Of a stretch of DNA of 64,000 nt, positions 35,366 through 46,909 are shown piece after piece. How positions within the stretch are numbered: the stretch's first letter is position 1; every line of letters starts with the position of its first letter. The notes under the pieces are model-generated. The model did no database searches. It worked only from the letters and a program-made list of their open reading frames with translations, and was not told the origin of the DNA. Both the position numbers and the translations under genes were made by a program. Origin of the DNA: Lepidodermella squamata (Eukaryota > Animalia > Gastrotricha); assembly GCA_047495785.1 (NCBI GenBank), contig JBLDXI010000001.1:1116001-1180000 (forward strand), written 5' to 3'.

Positions 35366-37536
35366 TTAAAGAATGCCATTTTGAGCGAGAATTTTCGCGT
35401 TATCAGAACACCTGTCTTCAACGAAAACCAACGGCAGAAATAACCCCATAGGAACGAGTGAAACCAGGGCTAAACTGCTGGCGAACGCTAAAAAGTCGAC
35501 TTTAAACGCGATATCGCGCCACAATCTGTTATTTTCAATTCGCTTCGTGTGAATCCTCAAGCGAGTTGCCTCCAATTTAGCTTCGTAGTACTCTTGCGAT
35601 AGAAATTCATCGGACCCAGAATCCTCGGATGATTCATCGAAAGACGGTGTTACTCGATCTTCATCATCTGTTGAATCGCTTGAGGGTATTGGCGATCGTA
35701 AAGGTTGGGAAACAGCCGATTGCGAACGCCCTCGATTGCTACGTGATTCCATCGACAAAATCTTCTGGCGCATAGATTCGGCTTGTTGCTCACTTTCGTG
35801 AAGAAAAACCTGAATAATTAAAATTGAAAAAATACGTGATTTGCGGAGTACAAATAATACCCTGTCCAGGTCATCCGAAGATCCGTGATCTTCAGTATGC
35901 AAGGCTGGGACGTATCTAAAGAATGTGACGAGAATTTCTGGAGGAGGTACCGACCAAACAGCCATCATTCGCTCGACAAATACCGACTCCATTATACCGA
36001 AAGAAGAAATCAATATTAGGCCCATGATATACTGGGCTAAAGCCGTTACTGCATCATTAGTTTTAGGCTGGAAATTATTGAAAAATAGCAATTTTTCGAA
36101 TTTTTTTATGAACTTATTCCTACCAATTCTGCGGTTGAAATTGTTTGAAATACCACCAAGCTGAGCATGTTGGTGATGCCGAAGCCAACTCTATCGCCAC
36201 TTGTTCCGAAGAGATTTATCGCGAAAACAAACAATGAAACTATCGACAAAATTATGCACTGAAATTTACGATTTTTAGTTAATTTATAACGGATTTAAAT
36301 TTAAATTTACTGGGAAAATTAAGTTGATGACGTAGAACGTTGTCTTTCGCTTCACTATCATCGAGTACTCGATTCTCGTGAATGTTTCTCCCAGCGTTTT
36401 GTACGTATGATTGTAAATCTGAAAAAAATTCTGAATTTTGAATAAATTAAATATATTTGCTCACGGTGGTTCGAAGTTGGCACAGAAAGAATTGATTTGA
36501 ACCGAAGCGGCTGTCAAGCTGAAATTTAACCAATTTTATTAAACCTATAAGATAAGCAGACTATTTACTACTTACCCCCATTGAGCTCTTACGGCTGAAA
36601 ATTAGCTGCTGATTGTTCAAGCTCCAGCTTAAAATCAAATGGAAAGGGTCAAAATCTCAAGTTTTCCTTGAAATTCCGCAACTCCAACCTTTCGAACTCG
36701 AAGGTGCACTAAAAAATTAATGATTTATTTATTGCAATATAAATTCGTTGGCAGTTACTTACCACTTGAAAGTCGAACGGAAAGGTTATGAGGTGGAGTT
36801 CTGGTTTGAGTAATCAAAGACTAATTTTCATAATAATTCATGAAAAATTCAGCAAAAATTTACCGCACCACGTACGAGCCGAGCCCGTGGGAACGTATTT
36901 CACCCATCCGCGATAGGAAACGCGAGCTAAGAAGCCGGAATCTCGAGTGATGGCATAATGATGATCAGCTGAGTTGGTCATCTGAATGACAACAATTTAG
37001 TGGCAATTAATGGCGAAATTATATCACTTTCATACCGCTATATCAGGAAGCCATATTTGGCTCGGATCGAAGGTTAAATGAGTCAAGCCGCCGTAGTCAC
37101 GTGGAGCCCTGCAGAAAGGATTGCCAGAGTGCTCTGTGAGAAGAGAAGACCTTACCATTGAATTCTACGATCCCTCCATTCGATGAACAAGGCTATAACT
37201 GATTCGAAGATGCCCTCCCTTTCATTCTTAATCAGAAAGTTTGAATTGTTTTTCAATTGAATTTGCAAATCGGAAAAGCTTACTGCAGCTTTGATTTTCA
37301 ATAGCAAAATATGCAATTTTATGACAACAGGCCTGAAATTTGGAGATAATAGCGAGGAATTAAGTGGGAAATGAAACCAACTTCGCTGGAACAGCCTGTT
37401 TTCTGTAGTCAGCAAGGATATCGCCGAATGGCTTCGGACCTTGTGCAGTTAGGCTAACCGTTACATTTGTAACAGTGTGATTGCCCTCATGGCACCAAGC
37501 CAAATTAACGCCAGCTAAAAATATTAGCAAGATCAT
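35366..37536 (-). CDS. Cys-loop ligand-gated ion channel subunit 1 (nAChR/5-HT3-like, non-alpha); many tiny introns
   Basis: Spliced: EWRDRRIQW, IWLPDIA, Cys-loop CELHLITFPFDFQVC, ESWS, KRKTTFYVINLIFPC, M2 GDRVGFGITNMLSLVVF, LPKT, M4 WRDIAFKVD. Confidence 0.9.
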
Positions 37537-37658
37537 TATTATCAAATTTTTATAATAAGAATTTATATTAATACGCCATTGACGAATTTTTGTCCAGAAA
37601 AGCTGAGTAAACTTTGAGAAAGCCATGTTTATTGACAGCACCACATAAACAATAGGCA

Positions 37659-39896
37659 TTAAAACCTTGCCTCATTGCCACCCTTCGTCAACATGCTCTC
37701 AGCGTTATCCGAGCATTCATCATAGACTAGAACAAGAGGAAGAAACAACGCTAGGGGTACTAGGATAGAGGCAGATAGGCTAGTCACAAAACACAACATG
37801 TCAATTTTATAGGCGACTTGATGCCACAGCCGGTTGTTGTGCGCGCTTTCGGCCTGTTTGCGCATTCGCAGGACTTTCAACGATTCAAGGAGAACCTTAC
37901 GGGCTGTGTCGTCAGTATCACTGTCTAGCACGATGTTGACAGAAGGCGAGAAAACTTCGCTTGAACCGACTGAGGGTGTTAGAGATGCGCCAGTATTCAC
38001 GTTTGTTAGGCCTACGCCAGATTTTGACAGGATTAAATTCCGCTTTCGAAACGCTTCCATGCGGCTTGCGAGGGAGCTTTTCGAATAATTAGCGTCACTT
38101 TTTCGAATCTCAGCTTCAGCTCTTCGAACGACTTTAATCTCATTCATCAGTTTTTCCTGTTGAGATAAAATTAAAAAAATTGAAGCACAACACAAAGTCT
38201 AACCCTATCCTCGATATTTTGCAGCTTCTCAAGATGAAACGGTGGAATTTCTCGGAATATACGAAGAATAAACTTAGGCGGCGGGGATTTGCTGTTATCC
38301 ATGAGCCGCTCGACAAAAATTGTTTCGACAATACTGAAAGCTGAAAGTAGCACAAGAGATACGATGTATTTTGACAGCGAAGTGACTGCGTCGCTTGTTT
38401 TCGGCATTTCGGCTGTTGCGATGGTTTGAAACACGACCAAGGTTAGCATGCTGGTCGTGCTGAAGATTATTCGATCGGCTGTTGACTCGATGGGCGAGAT
38501 TGCGAATGCGAGTAGGGAAATAACAGACAAAATGGCGCACTGAAAAATTGAGAAAAAGTCTTCGAATTGTTAACAAACTCTTTTCCGAACTTACAGGGAA
38601 AATTAGGTTAACCACGTAATACATCGCTTTTCTCTTGACAATGACAATAAATTCGATCCGGGCGAAAGCTTCTCCAGTATGGACGTAGGTGTGATTATAT
38701 ATCTTTTAATAGGAATATTTCAAGAAAGTTGGAAAAATCAAACAGGATTCACCTTGGTTTTCAGTTCACACAGAAAAAACTGACGCGATCCGAAATTAGA
38801 ATCGAGCTTTGACATGAAATAGTTCTTGATTTAGGAGTAGATATTTTCGCGCTACCTACCGATATTTGACTCCTGTCATCAAAACTGAGCGCGTCACTTT
38901 CGAGAGACCAGCTCTCAAAATCATAAGTGCACTAAAACAAAAATTTGGACCATGAAACTTGAAATGTTGAAATATCGGAACTAACCGTTTGGAAATCGAA
39001 CGGAAATGTCAGCAAATTGAATTCTTAAAATGAAATTTTCGCATTAAAATTCAATAATCATGGAAGCAGCGACTTACCACACCAAGTCCGGGCAGTTCCT
39101 ATTATAAAATTGGATTACTGGCTTTGAAGAGCATCAGTTATTAATTCATACCTGTTGGGACAAAGTTGATCCATCCTTCATGAGAGACTCGAGCCAGGAA
39201 GCGGCTATCCCTCGAAATTGAATAGTAGTGATCCGCAGAGTTGGTCATCTAAGTACATTTTTAAGTCCTCGCTATGTGGTTATATTGAATAAATTACCGC
39301 AATATCTGGCAACCAAACCTGATGTGAGAAAATTTTATAAAATGTAATAACTGAAACGAAAGCCCTTACTTGATCGGAATCGAAAGCTAAATAAGTCATG
39401 TTATTGTTGTCAATTGGGTTCCTTGAAAATATTATTTGAAGTGACGCGCATTTTTTACTCGCATGATCATTACCAGGTCATCCTTTTATCGCGCCATTCG
39501 ACAAAAAGCGCGATTACCGACTCGAAAATGCCATCCTTTTCTGACTATAGAAATCGACACATATTGAAATAAAAGCGTGAATGAAAAATTTTACTAACCG
39601 CGGATTTTAGCTTCATTAGCAGTACATGGAACAGTACTTTGACCGGCCTAATGAATGGAATTTTTCTAAATTTATTGACGGATCTTTTGAAAAGCTTGCC
39701 TTTCAGGAATTGCCTCCTTGTTATAGCCACTGAAATGGCCGCCGTCGCTCCAGGGTTTGCCGGCTACCGGTACATCTTGCGATCCCGTCGATACGAATGC
39801 AGTAGGCGGTCCGCTGTCTGGTACCAATGTGCCGAAAGCATTGGGAATAAAGCAGACGAATGGCCAGCAAACGAATGACCAACGGATAATTTTCAT
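37659..39896 (-). CDS. Cys-loop ligand-gated ion channel subunit 2
   Basis: VWLPDIA, CEFNLLTFPFDFQTC, ESWS, KRKAMYYVVNLIFPC, ADRIIFSTTSMLTLVVF, MPKTSDAV, WHQVAYKID. Confidence 0.9.
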
Positions 39897-40254
39897 AATA
39901 TTAGTTGCGAATGTTCAATTTTCATGTGAGGCTATTTCTATCTTTAATAGTGAATTAAAAATTATTCAATTGGCTGAGCTATTACTGTTGGCCAGCTGAG
40001 CAAACTGAGAGCTTCACGTGGAGTAGTTTTGTTGTTTGAAAACAATAAAAGCTGATATTTACGCTCTAACATGAATGAATATTCGACTTCTACACATTTT
40101 TTCAATGATTCCCCTGGTTCAAAATTCTATATTATGAAAATGATCGGGTTTATTACTTTTATTCAGGCACAAAATCATTGAATACTAACGATAAAGGTGT
40201 TCTCAGTTCGTAAATTTGATATTGGAAATTTCAAGGATAGGAAGTTGAGATAGC

Positions 40255-42860
40255 TTAGGAAAACGACGTTCCATGCGGCGCAACATGGGCGAGCAAATAC
40301 CGAGCATCGTCCGAGCAGTCGTCTTGAACGAGAAGAAGCGGCAAAAACAAAGCCATCGGCACCAGTAGAGCAAGTGCCGTGCACGTCAAAAATGAAATTG
40401 TATCCACCTTATACGCAACAGTGCGCCACATTCGATTGTTTTTCACGCGTCTAGCGTGACGCCGAGATCGGAGAGTTTGAATAGCCTGAGCGTCGATAGC
40501 GTCCTGATTCGCATCAGCACTGTTATCAGCCGCCCATGATCCGCTGTTCATCACCGCGCCAAGAATGTCCCTTGATACATTCGACGACGAGCTAGACGAT
40601 GAGGATGACGATAACGACCCGATTGAAGACATTGGATGAGGCCCGCAGCAATCAGTTGGCTCGAGGCTGTTGATATCATCGCTGGGGGACTTGCTCGGCA
40701 GTTGGATATGCCGCGAGATTTCACCTGATGGAGAGGGCGTTACGGCACTCGCCACGCTGCCCGCCAGGCTATGGTTCAATGCCGCCAGTTGTTCACCGGA
40801 CACGTAATTGAACCGCGTTTGGCCAGTTGAACTTTGAGAATTACTGAGCCTTTGCCGTCGCTTTATTCGCCGATTCATATTTTTCCTAATCTGAAAAAAA
40901 TAAAAAATAAAAACTCCAGCTTAAAAAATTAATATTTTACTTTATCAAGCTCGTCGTCGGTATCGTCTTCATTCGGCTTCTTTTTATCGCTGTGGAATTC
41001 AGGCACGCCCTCGAGCATTCTCAGCAGAAGTTTCGGCGGCGGTTTCGAACATCTCTCCATGAAGCGTTCGACTACAACGGATTCAGTTATTCCAACGGCT
41101 GAGATTAAAATCAGAGCGATAATGTATTTTGATAGTGCCGTAACAGCATTGCTTGTTTTAGGCTGAAACATGAAATTTGATAATATTTTGAATTTTCGGA
41201 AAATTTTCCCACCATTTCAGCCGTCACAATAGTTTGAAATACAACCAAAGTAAGCATGTTTGTGGTCCCGAAGCCGATCCTATCCCCTGTAGTTTCGACC
41301 GATGGTATAACGAAAACCAGTAATGAGATAAGCGACAGCGTTGTGCACTGAAAAATCGAGAAGTCTTGATACATTTCGAGGAAAGCTAATATCGAGCAAT
41401 ACCGGGAAAATCAAGTTGACGATATAAAAAGTTGACTTTCGCTTGACGATGATCGAAAATTCAACTCGAGTAAATGTCTCTCCAGTGAAAGAGTAAGTGT
41501 GGTTGTACGTCTGCCGATGAAGCATGAAAAAAACTCGACATAGTTCGATGAATGAAAAAAATCGCGTCATACCGTTGTTTTAAGTTGGCAAAGCCAAAAT
41601 TGGCATGATCCGAAATTTGAGTCTATCTGCAGAAGGAGTTGGGAAAATTTCGGAGGTATTTGTTTCATGAATCTTTGTTTTACCATCAAGGCGCTTTCTC
41701 CATTGAATGTCATCGTTGAACTATCTAATGACCAGCTAATAAAGTCAAATTTTCCAATCTCGCCGATAAATGGAGAATATTTCTTACCTTTCAAATTCAA
41801 GCGTGCACTTGGTATCAGTTTCAAATTATAAGCTTTCATTATTTTTTTTGTAATGAAATAAATCATACCATTTGAAAATCGAAAGGAAAAGTCAGAAGAT
41901 TGAGGTCTATTGTAAATTGATATTTTTACGAATTTCCTCGAATTTTGCGAAGTAACTTACCACACCAGGTTCGAGCCGTGCCTAAAATTTAAGCCAACAG
42001 TTCACAATTTTCTAATTAAATCGTGTTACTTACCCGTTGGCACGTATTTTAGATGTCCTGTATGAGTAATTCGAACGATGAATCGCGAATCTCGAGATAT
42101 AGAATAATGATGATCAGCCGAGTTGGTCATCTAAGGTAGAAAATATATAATTAATCGAACAACACGCTCGAGCAGATTATACAGCAATATCCGGAACCCA
42201 CACCTGCAAAATTGGTAGATTAAAATTCTGAAAAATTACTGTCATAAGCTTTTACTTGATCTGAATCGAAAGCGAGTAGCGTCAAATTGTCGTAGTCCAT
42301 GGGATCCCTACGGCGAAAATGCAAGAAATTGCCAAATGGAGAGACTTTAGCTTACCAAACCATCCTTTTATCGCGCCATTCGATAAATAAGGCAACAACG
42401 GATTCGAAAATGCCTTCTTTCTCGATCTGTAAGAAAGAAAGTATCGATAGGCATCGATTTTCACAGTGAATCTTACCGTTGATTTGACTTTGATAAGCAA
42501 AACGTGAAGGCTAACAACCAGTGGCCTGCAAAATTGAGAATCATTTTTATAATTTCCAGAGTTTGAATGTAAGAATAACTTTTCAGGCATCGCTTCCTTG
42601 TTGTAGTTATTGAGTATTTTCGACAAAAGACGTTGGTCTGAGCTGACATCATCGCCATCAGCCAAGTTCATGTTGGAGTTGGAGTTGCCGTCATTGTTAC
42701 TACTACTTTGGAATCCACCACCCGAGCTACTACCACCCCCGCCACTTGTCGGCGCCGACTTCGGCGGCAATTTCGGCGGTCTATTCTTAACTGCTGCTTG
42801 ACAAAACGAACAGCATACAGTTAAGCATAAAACTATGAGGATTCCGAAAGTTTGAACCAT
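40255..42860 (-). CDS. Cys-loop ligand-gated ion channel subunit 3
   Basis: Signal peptide, DQRLLSKILNNY, VWVPDIA, CDLNLLTFPFDFQMC, KRKSTFYIVNLIFPC, GDRIGFGTTNMLTLVVF, WRTVAYKVD. Confidence 0.9.
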
Positions 42861-43735
42861 CTAAATGAAACAAAAAAAAACAAGAAATTTCTGGAGGAAT
42901 CAGGTTAATGTTACTTCTTGATATAGCTTTCTAGGGCATTTTTATATTGCGTAGCACAGATTACAATTTTTTCAACACATATATTGGCATTATCAAGGCG
43001 ATCGGCGGTGAAATAAATGCTGAATGGAAGTATATAATAGAGTGAGGGTGCGAAAGATCATTATTTAGGTTTATTTGTATAACATCTCACTGCAGCTCAG
43101 TCCGAAGAATAAACACACGCTCGCATCTTCAACGGCATAAATCAACGCAAGAATTGCCTGAAATTACAATGACTTGAAATGCAAGTAATTCGCGCATAAT
43201 AAAAGTTGAAGCAGCGAATTACACCGAATGCAATTATCGAAATCATCGATGCGGAACAGGAAGGCCTTTCTAGCAATTATTCATTTCCAATTACTAATTT
43301 AAAGGACATGCTCAATATTTCACCGAAAAATCAGGTTAAACCGAAATAGCATGAAATCTATAAATTTCTATCAATTTATTAAGAAGGCATTTATTAGAAT
43401 CACACGATTGATTAAAATGTTCTTTTTGCCAGTTGAGTTGCTTCTGAATTCATTTTTCAGCGAAAAAATCAGCTGTTGATATTTACCTCATACCTGCTAG
43501 ATAATCCTCACATCGTTGTTTGGATTATGCGGATTTTCCGCCTTCATCGCTCGCTGGAAAAATAACCATAGGCGCCGGTTTCGGAAGATAATAAACTTGT
43601 TCCCACTTTTTTCATGTTCTACCGAAAGTTCTTTATTGATAAAATCCTGAGAAAAACTCTTCGAGGACAAATAAAATAATGCATCTAATATTCACGAACG
43701 CTAGCATTTCCTGTGTAAACACGAGTGCTGCCCGT

Positions 43736-45244
43736 CTAATCTTGGCATTTCGGGTTCATGTAAGCCGCCAGTGAAAATCCGCCACTCTTCCTTTGAATAT
43801 GCAAAAAGTAGGGCGCCACGTAGCTAGCAGTCGCGTCCATCAGCGATTCGCCGACAATTACAGTCCACACGCCGCCGTAGGTCAATTGCAGCTGCGACCG
43901 CACGTAATTTCCAATAGTGCCGAAAGTGACGACTGGCAATTTAGACGCAACAAAAATGCCATACATGACCTCGCTAATAGTTGTATCGTTAATATCATCA
44001 TCAGTGCTGTTTAAAACCATGTAATCATTCTGCAAAAAGACGAAAAAAATAATTAAAAAACCTGAGGATAGATTAAAATTACCGTGACATTCGAAGCTTT
44101 AATTCGATCTTTTGAGATCGTAAGTTGGCCACCGTAAATCGTTTGAGCAAGTTGGGAAACTGTAAATGTAGAAAAATAATAATTGTTGATGCTCAACTGA
44201 CCAATTTTTTGCTTACTAAATGATGGAATGCAGGTTTCTTGGAAAATGTGGATGACCATGGTGCGATTCGGCACGACACTTGGGTCATTTACCAGTTTAT
44301 CCCTCGACGTGTGGTAATCGTCGACCTGGAGCAGCATCACCGTTCCATCTATCGCGTCAGTTTGGGCAATTGCGTCTTTCCCAGCAACTGCTACAGCCCA
44401 GGGAAATTTCGAATATTTCTTATCCAAATTCCTGATTTGAAAATTAATTAAAAAATTGCAATGAATGTAATATTTTTGCTTACGCTTTTATGTAGCCAAT
44501 ACGATCAGAGGTAGACCCTGACGCTGGCGCGAGAGTTGCCAATTTAACGGCATAGGCGACCATTTCCCATCGATTCGGCGAAATATCCCCCATTTTCACG
44601 GTTACAATTGTTGTAATTTCCTGTTGGGAGACTGATGACACCTCAGCGGCTACGAGTGATCGGATAGTAGCGACCGTTGGCGCATTTATTTGAGGAGCGG
44701 GTTTAGCTGTGGTTTGAGCCATAACAGTCGTAGTCACGCTTGGTTGAGCACTTGTTGCGGGTCTTGTCGCGGTTGTGACGTTAACCGCTTGGGCCATTGT
44801 TGTTCCCATTGCCATTGCTGTTGTCATAGCCATTGTTGCGGCGGCTTTAGTCGTAGCTTCCGCCACAATCGATCGATTATTGCCAGTGGCTGACCAGTTT
44901 CCAGTTGAGGCGGCCCAAGTTACATTAGTCATGCCAGGGGTGGTCCAGCTAACATTATTCGCCATCTGGGTCACGTTTGACCAGGTTCCCGCCGGCGCAA
45001 CCGTCGATGAATTCATCCACATTCTAGCCCAAGTTGCATTTGCGGTTGTGATTTCCGGTTTAATTGTGGTCACGCTTGACTGGTTAAAAGCCGTGATGGT
45101 TACATTTACTACCAATAACGGTGCAACAGTCGTGACTGTTAAATTAGTAGCAGCGGTGGCGTTCGCAACTTGAGTCACATTTTCCGCTGCTCGAGAGAAT
45201 CCAGCTGCGATGATAACCAGAGTAACAGTCAATAAGCTCTTCAT
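43736..45244 (-). CDS. Secreted protein D: mucin-like Thr-rich stalk plus two LC8-like domains; 3 exons
   Basis: Signal peptide; many NxT sites; RIGYIKA|NLDKKYSKFPWAVAVAG and IGNYVRSQLQLTYGGVWTVIVG; ends LAAYMNPKCQD. Confidence 0.8.
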
Positions 45245-45626
45245 TACGTTCAAGTCCCCTTGAAAAGTAAATAACTAAATTTAGACGTGAAGAAAAACAG
45301 TTTTAAGTTGTTGTTTCCTATTAGAGGTTTCTTTTTATTGCGCATTGATAAAAGGCATTATTTAGTGATGATATTTGTTTATCATTTTTATTACCGTTCT
45401 CAAAGCACCTACCTACTCATTTTAACGCAGTTTGGGTTCAAATTCCAACCACGCAAGCACGGTGTGTTTGGTACTCGAGTATATGGCACCACCGCGGCGT
45501 CTTTTTATTCTCATATATTACGTCAAATTTTTTATTTCAAAAAAATGAAAACATATTATAAAGATGATGATTCACTCGATCGAGAAATTTCTTCGTAAGG
45601 TGATGAACTCACGATGACCTCGTTTC

Positions 45627-46722
45627 TCACATTTTACACTTTGGCTGCATGTATGCGATGAGTGTGAAGCCGTCGGCGCCTGTTTTTTGCAGCTGGAGAA
45701 AGTAAGGTGCCACGTAATCGGCGACAGACTCAAATACATCACCTATGGCAATCGTCCAAATGCCGCTGTGTATCATCGACAGTCTCGACTGAACTGCGGC
45801 GGCGATAGCGCCTTTCTCCTTTCGATAATAAGGAAGGTTCAGTTGAAAGGATTTTATAGTCGCCATCACATCTTCAGCTACCGACTCGTTCAAATTTTTA
45901 TCAGTCCCTTCCATGATTCGATAACCATCCTAAAAAATTAGGATTTTATTTCGCGATTTGTTCTACGAAAAAAATTACCGTGACGTTATCCATAATTGAC
46001 TTGGGATAGCTTGGAATGTTAAATTTTGGTATTCCGGAGAAAACTTGAGACAAAAAAGATGGAAAATTAGATGGAAAAGAACGAAACTATCATACGAAAT
46101 GAAGGCAGGCAAAACTGTTGAAAAATGTGAACAAGCAGCGTTCGATTCGGGGAGATCGACGGATCTCTCTGGAGATCGGGCGGCGTTAAATAGTAATCGT
46201 CGACTTGCAGCAGCATTGAATTGCCCTCAGCAGCGTCAAATTTAGCCGCCATGTCCCTACCAGCCGCTGTTACAGCCCATTTGCTATAAGTGAATCTAAT
46301 GTCCATTTTTCTGTTAAATTTGATATTAATATTTTAACACGATTTGTTTCCGGAATTTACGCTTTAATATAAGCTATCCGTTCAGCAATACTGCCGAGTG
46401 GGGGCGTTAGAGATGCCACTTTGATCGCATAAGCTATTACATCGTGGCCTTTCGTGGTCGATTGTTCAGTTCGAAGGCTAACCAGTACCAGAATGATGTT
46501 TGGTTTGTAGTCGTAAAGCGCTCTTTGATTCACTGTTGTCGTTGTTTGTGGCCGATTTGTCGTAGTAATTGTAACTTGATTGGTGCCATTGTTATTAGCA
46601 GTTGAATTCACAGAAATTTGGGCACTAGCAGGACCAGGGTCCATCAATGTAATAGAAAATTCTGCAGAATTCGCCGTCTGTATTGTTACAACCAACAGCA
46701 AGGCAATGAAAATACCAACCAT
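45627..46722 (-). CDS. Secreted protein E with two LC8-like domains; multi-exon
   Basis: Signal peptide; RIAYIKA|KMDIRFTYSKWAVTAAG and IAAAVQSRLSMIHSGIWTIAIG; ends IAYMQPKCKM; paralogue of D. Confidence 0.78.
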
Positions 46723-46909
46723 GCTTTAGGAATAGGCTCTAAATTCATTGGAAATTGACAGAATTAATAATTTCCGAAAAATCCATCTTAAAATATTTTT
46801 TATTTATTTACAAGCTGTCAACTATTTTCTGAAAATTATCATTTCATGCAGATTTTCAAAAAAGCTCAAACAAAAAAGTACAGTTCTGGGGGCGGGACCT
46901 CGGCTCATC

